A stretch of DNA of 32,611 nt, taken from Candidatus Thorarchaeota archaeon (lineage in GTDB: Archaea > Asgardarchaeota > Thorarchaeia > Thorarchaeales > Thorarchaeaceae). The translations under genes were made by a program, and so were the position numbers. The stretch covers positions 3,609-36,219 of the forward strand of contig JBHLQM010000032.1 of assembly GCA_048884785.1 (NCBI GenBank). Direction: 5' to 3'. Positions 8,868 to 15,858 of the stretch are shown in pieces (positions within the stretch are counted from its first letter, which is position 1; the number at the start of each line of letters is the position of its first letter). Under the pieces are notes generated by a model. That model was not told the DNA's origin. It saw only the letters and a program-made list of their open reading frames with translations, and did not search any database.

Positions 8868-9616
8868 CTCATTACTTTATACAGGTCTCTCATTGATTTC
8901 GTGAATTCGCTCTCAGGATGTCTCAATGTCACAATGTATCTACTTCCAGCTTCGATGAGAAGCGGCAAGAGTGGTATTATTGTTACCACTTTCGCTTTGA
9001 ACTTGCTCTCGACCTCAGCAATAATGGCCTTGTTCTCATATATTGAAGGCTTTTTGTTGATTATTATCCTTATATCTGGTACCTGAAGCTTTCTGGCAAC
9101 GCTCAACGTAGCTGCAGTTCCAAGTAAATCCTGCTCATCAATTCGTGCGACTACAAAAAGATAGTCTGCGGTTGCCATTGAAAGAAGGGTTTCCCTGTCA
9201 AGGCCGGGATGAGTATCAATGATAAGATAATCAAGATCCTTTTGCTTGATGACATCAGTAAATCCATTTCTTAGATCACTTACTTCGTAACCTTCCCGTA
9301 GAATTCTGGTTATGTCAGTTGCACTCATTGAGCTGGGAATTAGAAACAGCTTCCCTTGCTTGATTCCCAACTGTTCGGTCATGTCCAAGCATGTCTGTCC
9401 AATATCACATTCTCCTCGGAGGTAATCATTTAGGGTATACTTGATCTTCTTTCTACCCATACCAAAGATGACATGAATTCCTGGAGATGCCATATCTGTA
9501 TCCATTACAGCTACTTTCTTTCCCTCTAGTGCTGCGGTCGCAGCTAGATTCGCTGCGATATTCGACTTACCTGTTCCTCCACGGAATGAGTGAATGCTAA
9601 TTATCCGGCCTGTCAT
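8864..9616 (-). CDS. minD: MinD/ParA family P-loop ATPase
   Basis: IISIHSFRGGTGKSN (deviant Walker A), VMDTD, TLNDYL, LIIDTHPG (Walker B), IIINK; no C-terminal amphipathic membrane-targeting helix. Confidence 0.9.
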   Translation of the reverse strand: MTGRIISIHSFRGGTGKSNIAANLAATAALEGKKVAVMDTDMASPGIHVIFGMGRKKIKYTLNDYLRGECDIGQTCLDMTEQLGIKQGKLFLIPSSMSATDITRILREGYEVSDLRNGFTDVIKQKDLDYLIIDTHPGLDRETLLSMATADYLFVVARIDEQDLLGTAATLSVARKLQVPDIRIIINKKPSIYENKAIIAEVESKFKAKVVTIIPLLPLLIEAGSRYIVTLRHPESEFTKSMRDLYKVMS

Positions 9617-10907
9617 GTTCTAATCTCCGCAAATGTTGCCAAGTCACATAGTTGCCAAGTTTTCGTAGAATCTCGACTATACGTGAAGGCTGAATATTGG
9701 ACATCTCAGATATCTCTCTTACGGAATATCCTCCTGTACAATATTTCCATATTCTATCTAAAGTATCAAAGTCCCTCTTGGGTATTCCTATTACCTCTAG
9801 GTATGCAGTAAATCTCTCATCTCTTTCTCCAATCACAGGGAAAAGCTGCACTACCTGAACTGCTCCCCACATAACCAAATTGGCAATTGCCTCAGTCGTT
9901 GCAACCTCGCTTAGATTTGTTATTTCTTTGATTTCAAAAATAGTTCTATTTCCATCTGTTGCTCGAACAATAGCAAGAATATCTGCCAAAGCTCTGGAGG
10001 GAAGGCCTCCTGAAACTCGATTGAAATCATCCATTACTTCATTCAGAGAAGGAGTTGATACAATAACGTCAAAGTCATAGAAACCCATTTCTTTCTCTGG
10101 CTTCAGGGGGTATACCTTTTTCATCTCACCGAAGTCTAACCCATCCACTACTTTCAGAAATGAATCGATTGCAGCGTTGAGATCCTTTGGTGCGGCTTCG
10201 TTTTTCGCAATATAGGTTGATATTCCGATGCCTTTGATAGGATACATGTAGAACGAGGTTTTTGGCTCAAGGGACGAATGTGTAACAAAGCAAGGATTTA
10301 CAAAATCCTTTGATTTATCCAGATGGTCAATGCGATCTAAAACTGCTTCAAGTTCATAGGTTCTCAAGTTTGAAACAACAATAAATCCGTCGTGTGTGAT
10401 TAACGCTCCTCGGAATATCAGCGGAGATGACTCAATTTCTGTTAATGCCAGTTTCAGAGGTCTTAATGTGTTTATAGGAAGAAGCCCTGTCTTATAGCGT
10501 CGTGCAATTCCTGGAATACCGTCGAATTTCTGTAATGTGACTTCAAGCATCTCTGTAAACGAGTAGAATTCCTTGACACTAACTACATCATTTCTTAGCT
10601 GTGAGTAGAATTTGCTTACAAATTGATCTGAAAGATTCTGCAATATTGCTCGATAGATTTCTTCGCTATCCTCCATCGCTATGAGGGCAATGAAATATAG
10701 GTCTCCTTTTTTTTCCCATACAAACTTATTCTGGGCAAATGACATGACTTTGATTTGCTTCTTACCAACTTCCTCCGCAAAGGCCCCGAGCGCTGATAAG
10801 AAACCTGCAACAAGTTCGTCGAGCTTCTTCTCTCCACTTACACTGTAGTGAAATAGTGGAATGCCGCCTACTCGGAGGATTAGTATTTCCTTAACCACGC
10901 TCGACAC
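9597..10907 (-). CDS. Longin domain + roadblock/LC7-like domain + tandem winged-helix protein
   Basis: N-terminal GGIPLFHY...LVAGFLSALGAFAEEV (Asgard longin pattern); central RGALITHDGFIVVSNL (roadblock-like); DGNRTIFEI...LVMWGAV and CTGGYSVREISE (wHTH repeats). Confidence 0.8.
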   Translation of the reverse strand: MSSVVKEILILRVGGIPLFHYSVSGEKKLDELVAGFLSALGAFAEEVGKKQIKVMSFAQNKFVWEKKGDLYFIALIAMEDSEEIYRAILQNLSDQFVSKFYSQLRNDVVSVKEFYSFTEMLEVTLQKFDGIPGIARRYKTGLLPINTLRPLKLALTEIESSPLIFRGALITHDGFIVVSNLRTYELEAVLDRIDHLDKSKDFVNPCFVTHSSLEPKTSFYMYPIKGIGISTYIAKNEAAPKDLNAAIDSFLKVVDGLDFGEMKKVYPLKPEKEMGFYDFDVIVSTPSLNEVMDDFNRVSGGLPSRALADILAIVRATDGNRTIFEIKEITNLSEVATTEAIANLVMWGAVQVVQLFPVIGERDERFTAYLEVIGIPKRDFDTLDRIWKYCTGGYSVREISEMSNIQPSRIVEILRKLGNYVTWQHLRRLEHDRPDN

Positions 10908-10957
10908 CTAATTCCTGTAGAATAACGGAGAATTTCAGTTTTGCGTAGTCTTCTTGG

Positions 10958-11869
10958 CTACAAACCAGTCACTTGAACCGTGTTCCATTCTACTTGATCT
11001 CCGAGTTTCTCAAGCAGATCGTACAACCGTTCAGATGTTACTCCAAGTTTTTCACTGACCTCTGGGATAGAACGTGTTCCATTACAGAGGGGGATTGCCC
11101 TCCGAAGAAGCTGATAATCCTTGCTCGGAAGTCCGATGAGATCAAGATAGGCATCGAATCTCGAATCACTTTCTTCCATCTTGGGACACATTCGAGAGAT
11201 GCTTAAGACGCCCCAAATCACCAAATATTCAACTGCTTCATAGGCTTCATCCATTTCAATACCAAGTTCTTGGCTTATCTCCATGATTGGTTTTCTTCCA
11301 TCAATGGCATCCAATACTTTTGTTCCCGTGCCACCAAAATCCCTATGAAAGTCATCAAGTAGACCACCTCTTGTAATTGCTATCTGCAGAGCCTGTTCTT
11401 TTATTGAGGGGATGACGTATGAACTCAAACTGCCTGTTATCAAGAGTATCCCTTCATAGTACACCAAGGCTCGTTCAACATCACTCGAAAAATCAGTGTA
11501 GGCATCTTCAATGGGAACATCATATTTGATTTCTTTTTGATATTTAATCTGGAATTTCCTATTCAGGTCTTTGAGAACGGTTCTTAATACTTTCTTTGGG
11601 GCTTCGCTATCTACAAGAAGTATCGAAATGACTTTCGATTCGCCATGCTCATACATGATCTCAGACCCTTCAAAGGAAAGACTTTGAACAGACCGTTCTC
11701 CAAACTCACTGGCAAAACTGGTGATGGCAGACAAGAATCCTGATAGAAGTTCATCAAGCTTGCGTGTTTCGTCAACTGAATAGTGGAAAATGGGTACACC
11801 TCCCTCAGTGATTACCATGAACTCTTGAACACGTAGTCGACCCTTCACTAGCTGAAAACCTCTGAGCAA
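10958..11869 (-). CDS. Longin domain + tandem winged-helix protein (paralog of 9597..10907)
   Basis: GGVPIFHY...LLSGFLSAITSFASEF longin; IDGRKPIMEIS...LVIWGVL and CNGTRSIPEVSE wHTH repeats; start uncertain (TTG 11869 or GTG 11848). Confidence 0.8.
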   Translation of the reverse strand: MLRGFQLVKGRLRVQEFMVITEGGVPIFHYSVDETRKLDELLSGFLSAITSFASEFGERSVQSLSFEGSEIMYEHGESKVISILLVDSEAPKKVLRTVLKDLNRKFQIKYQKEIKYDVPIEDAYTDFSSDVERALVYYEGILLITGSLSSYVIPSIKEQALQIAITRGGLLDDFHRDFGGTGTKVLDAIDGRKPIMEISQELGIEMDEAYEAVEYLVIWGVLSISRMCPKMEESDSRFDAYLDLIGLPSKDYQLLRRAIPLCNGTRSIPEVSEKLGVTSERLYDLLEKLGDQVEWNTVQVTGL

Positions 11870-11886
11870 ACGGCTGAGATGCTATG

Positions 11887-11896
11887 AATTTAAAGT
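11887..11896. promoter_or_regulatory. Candidate bidirectional TATA box between divergent genes
   Basis: Palindromic TTTAAA at 11889-11894 in the short divergent intergenic region. Confidence 0.35.
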
Positions 11897-11978
11897 ATGT
11901 AGTATGTTCGGTCAAATATCAGCGAAATATCCATATTGTTTGGAATATGCCCAACCACCACATCAATCGGTGAGAACT

Positions 11979-13541
11979 ATGCTTGAATACCGAGAATTCC
12001 CTTATAGGAAATCAGCTTTCTTCCTTTTTCTGAGTCCAGTTATGGCATACTTCTTATTCATCATTAAGGAATTGGCCTTTCGTAGCCTACTGCCTTCTCA
12101 AGATATTCAGCATATATACTGGCTAGGGGTTGGTGCTGGTTCTGGGGCATTATCCCTTCTTTTTGTCAGTCTCACTCTTGATAGAATCCGCCACAATGCG
12201 GGTCTTCTTCTACTGGCAGGAATAACCCCCGTAATCATTGGTCTATTTGGTTTCATATCGGGAACCAATGGATTTTCCTCGGATATCATTGAAGCATGGA
12301 TCATCTCTGTTTTTGTATGTGTGGCCTTCTTTTTGGCAACTTGGGTTAGCTACCTTAACAGGACAGTCATCGCAAAATATAGAGGACGAATATCTGGAAC
12401 ATTCATTTTCTTATCATTGCTGATAATGCTCATTTACACGTTAATCGAACGAGAGATGTACGGTTTTGGGAATCTGGGCTTGCCTTTAATGGAGATAATT
12501 TCCATCATTGCGGTTGCAATAGCTGCGGCTTTTAGACCTTGGAGATGGAAGGTATATTCTTTGGCTGTTCATGGCAACCATTATGACTATTTTGTACCCA
12601 CTGCAATGCTCCTAGCAAGCCATATTCTCTGGTTCTTTGGAACCAAGTGGAATATTCAGGATGTCTTTGGAGCAAGTCATTCTGCATACATCTCTTGGAG
12701 TCAGTGGGCTGGTTATGCTCTCTATGAACCTTTGATTATTGCAATTGGTGCATTACTTGCGGGGATTATGGCTGATTCCAGAGGTAGGAAGACAACGCTT
12801 AATGCAAGCATTTTGCTGATGGGTCTCTTAGCCATATACAGTCCTTCTGCCTATAATTCCACTTCGCTAAGTCCCCTTCTAGTTGTTGCAGAGAGATTTG
12901 TTGAGGGATTCATAATAGGTATTCTCTGCCTGCTAATTTGGACTGAGCTTGGCTCTCCCAAGACAAAAATCCGCCGAATCTCTCTTGCCTGGTTCTTCTT
13001 TTTGGGATATGCATTGCTTCTCTTTGGAGTTGATCATGAGCTATTCGGACTTAGTATACCTCTAATTGTAGGTCAGCTTGGAGCCCAGACCTCCATTGTC
13101 ATCTCACTGGTGGCATTGACTCTAGCCTCCCACATTCCAACAATTCTCGGCCGCGAGGTGGAGATGGAAGATTTATCGTTCGACTTCGACGACAAGCAGG
13201 TCAAGGCGACCGTTGATGCATTTGTAGGATCGGAGGACTTTGCATCAATTCGCAGTCAGATGGATTTGATTGACGGAACAGAAGATCTCAGCGATAGTGA
13301 ATTCGACGAAATTGTCGGGAATGGTTTCGAACAAATGCTTCCATTAAGGCGCGTACCCGGGATTGGTCCCAAATTGGATGAAAAACTGAGAAAAGCTGGA
13401 TATACATCTGCTGCACAGTTGGCCGGAGAAACTTCAGCTCGATTATCATCCAAGATAGATGGTTTGAGTTTGGATCGTGCTGAGAAAATAATTTCGGACG
13501 CGAGAGCAACAGTCAAAAAAACAATGAAGAAGGGGAAGTAA
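11979..13541 (+). CDS. MFS-like 12-TM membrane protein with C-terminal helix-hairpin-helix (HHH_5/RadA-N-like) domain
   Basis: About 12 hydrophobic segments; MFS motif A-like AGIMADSRGRK; acidic linker; LRRVPGIGPKLDEKLRKAGYTS...IDGLSLDRAEKII; GGTGAG SD before ATG 11979. Confidence 0.8.
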   Translation: MLEYREFPYRKSAFFLFLSPVMAYFLFIIKELAFRSLLPSQDIQHIYWLGVGAGSGALSLLFVSLTLDRIRHNAGLLLLAGITPVIIGLFGFISGTNGFSSDIIEAWIISVFVCVAFFLATWVSYLNRTVIAKYRGRISGTFIFLSLLIMLIYTLIEREMYGFGNLGLPLMEIISIIAVAIAAAFRPWRWKVYSLAVHGNHYDYFVPTAMLLASHILWFFGTKWNIQDVFGASHSAYISWSQWAGYALYEPLIIAIGALLAGIMADSRGRKTTLNASILLMGLLAIYSPSAYNSTSLSPLLVVAERFVEGFIIGILCLLIWTELGSPKTKIRRISLAWFFFLGYALLLFGVDHELFGLSIPLIVGQLGAQTSIVISLVALTLASHIPTILGREVEMEDLSFDFDDKQVKATVDAFVGSEDFASIRSQMDLIDGTEDLSDSEFDEIVGNGFEQMLPLRRVPGIGPKLDEKLRKAGYTSAAQLAGETSARLSSKIDGLSLDRAEKIISDARATVKKTMKKGK

Positions 13542-13548
13542 TTTCCCC

Positions 13549-14418
13549 TTACTTTGGTTTGTCCATAAGATTAGTCTTCTCGAGAATTTTTCCATCTGAT
13601 GCGTGAGGTGTTCTGAATACGGAGTCTTGTCCCTTCTCCATCTCTCTTGCTTCTGCAGCAAGATTTGCGGCTGTCCTTAGCATTTCATGGCCCGCTGCTA
13701 CTAATGGGATATATTTCTCTGGCTTGCTTTGCTTAAAGCAGCCATCAGTGGTTAATTCAGCCACCTGCTCAGCTAATACGGCTGCAACATGCGCTTTTGC
13801 GCGAGCATAAGGATTTGTAAATCCTGCCTCCTTCAGTGCCTTTCCAGCATCTACAGTTATTGCCGGGAATTCTATGGTCTTGCCGCTTTTTGCCGCTGTG
13901 ATGGCTTCTTCTATAACATTGTGAATGACCCTCATGTATCCCGTTACTGCCAAAACTTTTAGCATATCTGAATTAAAGAGCACCATCTCCGTTGGGTCCA
14001 AAAATTCCTTTCGTGCGCCGATCATTGAATCAGCAGTTAGTATTAGGAAACCTTGCCCCTCGGGAGGATTAGGAATCTTCTTGCCTTCGTCATCCTTTTT
14101 GTATAACTTTTTACTTGAAGGCGCATCAGAAATGGTCAAAGCTGGAATTGCGGCATCCTTCAAAGCCTCCCTTGCCTTCGTTGGCCCTGGTAGTGCCGCA
14201 TTTGGACTTACAACTATGGCAAAGGCAGGTTTGTATTCAAGGATGTACTTCACAGTATCATCTGCTGAAGCTTCATCCATCTTTGCACCACTTGTGAAAG
14301 ATCTTACTTCGATATCGTCTCGTTCAGCACGTTCATCGAGTATGTACTCAATGAGTGAGGCTGCTCCAATGCATCCCAATTTTAGGATGCCTATTCGAAT
14401 TACTTCCTCTCCTGGCAT
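13549..14418 (-). CDS. mtd: F420-dependent methylene-H4MPT dehydrogenase
   Basis: KLGCIG, LDERAER, SGAKM, SPNAALPGP, DSMIGARKEFLDPTEM, FTNPYARAKA, AREMEK and RTPH motifs; probable start MPGEEV at 14418. Confidence 0.95.
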   Translation of the reverse strand: MPGEEVIRIGILKLGCIGAASLIEYILDERAERDDIEVRSFTSGAKMDEASADDTVKYILEYKPAFAIVVSPNAALPGPTKAREALKDAAIPALTISDAPSSKKLYKKDDEGKKIPNPPEGQGFLILTADSMIGARKEFLDPTEMVLFNSDMLKVLAVTGYMRVIHNVIEEAITAAKSGKTIEFPAITVDAGKALKEAGFTNPYARAKAHVAAVLAEQVAELTTDGCFKQSKPEKYIPLVAAGHEMLRTAANLAAEAREMEKGQDSVFRTPHASDGKILEKTNLMDKPK

Positions 14419-14476
14419 TTTAACCAGTTTTCGGAGAGTTCTATGTGATAGAAAACAATTGTGGTCAGCTGCTTTG

Positions 14477-15400
14477 CTAGGGCTTTGATTTGTATGGAAC
14501 ATATGCAAGTCCCGTTCCAGACAATAAATCTGCAGCCTTAAGCTGCTTCTTGCACATTGAGCATGTGAGAACTATCTTCGGGTCAACTGTTGCTGTTCCG
14601 CAAGATTTGCATAAAGGTTCAACGTCAAGAACTGCAAGGTCAGAGACTATTACCGGCTTCTGGCATTTTAGGCATTTCACTTCGGTGATATCATCCAGAA
14701 GCACTGTTTGGAATTGACCGCTGCATAGAGGGCAAAATACTGTATAGACCTTATATAATTCCTCTGAATTGCAGCTTGGACAATGCAGGGTGACTTCTAC
14801 TTCGGAGCTGCCGCATTGACGGCATTCAATTCTCCGGCCATATGTTTTCGGAATTATCACACCTGCATCTTCCATATCCTTCAGGATTCTGATAATCTCT
14901 TCACGATCATTGCCCAAATACTGCTGGGCATCTGGGTAGCTGTCAATAGTGGAAAGCACATGTTGCGGTTTGATAAATGGGAGACGCCCTTCAAACATGT
15001 CTTGAACCAGCTTCCTAATTCCTGGTGTCATTAGGAGTCTGTCGCCAGAAGTTTCAAGGATGATTTCTTCAAGGGCATTGAAGGCTTTCTTCAATTCTTT
15101 ATCCCAGTTGTCTGCAGAGAAATCAATTGTCGGAATTATTCTAAGTAGGTTTCTTTCAATCACTGCGGGGTTGTCATCATCATTTAGTAAAACAGCAATG
15201 CAATTAGGCGGCTCCATATATGAAACAATTAGACCGTTTGGGATTTTGGTATATCCAACTTTTGCCTCCATATTGACTCCGTGACCCATAAAGATGGTTA
15301 ACGCTTCATCACTGGACAGATTCTCACCTTCCGGCCATGTTCTTCCAACAAATGGCCCTAGGTTGTCATCCCACCAGATTGCATACATGGCTCTTGGCAT
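14477..15400 (-). CDS. uDENN/longin-like N-terminal domain fused to a TackOD1-like multi-Zn-ribbon domain
   Basis: N-terminal AIWWDDNLGP...WP; wHTH-like YPDA...LKDMEDAGVI; six CxxC pairs (CRQC, CPSC, CPLC, CLKC, CKSC, CSMC). Confidence 0.75.
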   Translation of the reverse strand: MPRAMYAIWWDDNLGPFVGRTWPEGENLSSDEALTIFMGHGVNMEAKVGYTKIPNGLIVSYMEPPNCIAVLLNDDDNPAVIERNLLRIIPTIDFSADNWDKELKKAFNALEEIILETSGDRLLMTPGIRKLVQDMFEGRLPFIKPQHVLSTIDSYPDAQQYLGNDREEIIRILKDMEDAGVIIPKTYGRRIECRQCGSSEVEVTLHCPSCNSEELYKVYTVFCPLCSGQFQTVLLDDITEVKCLKCQKPVIVSDLAVLDVEPLCKSCGTATVDPKIVLTCSMCKKQLKAADLLSGTGLAYVPYKSKP

Positions 15401-15448
15401 GATGTTTCGCTCCGACAGTTGTCATATTATATGGGCAATAGAACTTCG

Positions 15449-15478
15449 GTCTGACGGCCTTAATAGGATTCGTCAGAC
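15449..15478. promoter_or_regulatory. Inverted repeat GTCTGACG-N14-CGTCAGAC flanking a TTAATA box
   Basis: Perfect 8-bp arms, 49-78 nt upstream of the minus-strand ATG at 15400. Confidence 0.45.
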
Positions 15479-15740
15479 AGACTCAAAATCAGACAAGCTG
15501 ATTCGGGAATCGAACCCCATTTTGACAAGTTGGATTTTAATGCACCTGAAACTTGAGAAATGTATGTATCTGCAACATCTCTGGTATGGACTCGATAATG
15601 ACGAAGGTGGCTGGCGGGATGATTCCTCTCTAGAGAATGGCGAATCTCGAAACATACTCTGGTTCTATGTTCATGAAGGTTCCACTATCTATATTCTGCT
15701 GGTACCCTTTGAAGAAAAAACCTCCTAACTTGATGAAGGA

Positions 15741-15765
15741 TGATTATAATATACAATTATAATCA
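15741..15765. promoter_or_regulatory. Operator-like palindrome TGATTATAAT-N5-ATTATAATCA
   Basis: Perfect 10-bp arms, ~28 nt upstream of a TATAAAA box at ~15794 that precedes the 15859 gene. Confidence 0.5.
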
Positions 15766-15858
15766 ATGGTTCAATCACTCTCCCACCGAAGACTATAAAA
15801 CCAGACTCACAGGTTCGACCGCACACAATGCAATAAGATGACATAGGATGTTCCACAA

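Noticed and set aside
8864-9616. Canonical MinCDE or ParABS system
   Set aside because: No minC, minE, parB or parS-like repeats seen, and the ATPase lacks the membrane-targeting helix
13925-14488. 187-aa plus-strand ORF and the many other 60-150-aa shadow ORFs in the track
   Set aside because: Antisense or off-frame to well-supported genes (here mtd), with no independent coding signal
15501-15520. Minus-strand GGGGTTCGATTCCC resembling a tRNA T-arm
   Set aside because: The T-stem has a mismatch, and no acceptor stem, D-arm or pairing anticodon stem can be built around it
15294-15728. 144-aa plus-strand ORF (or 62-aa version from ATG 15540)
   Set aside because: The 5' part overlaps a real gene on the opposite strand and its promoter region; no SD or motif. 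The short version cannot be excluded but is unsupported.
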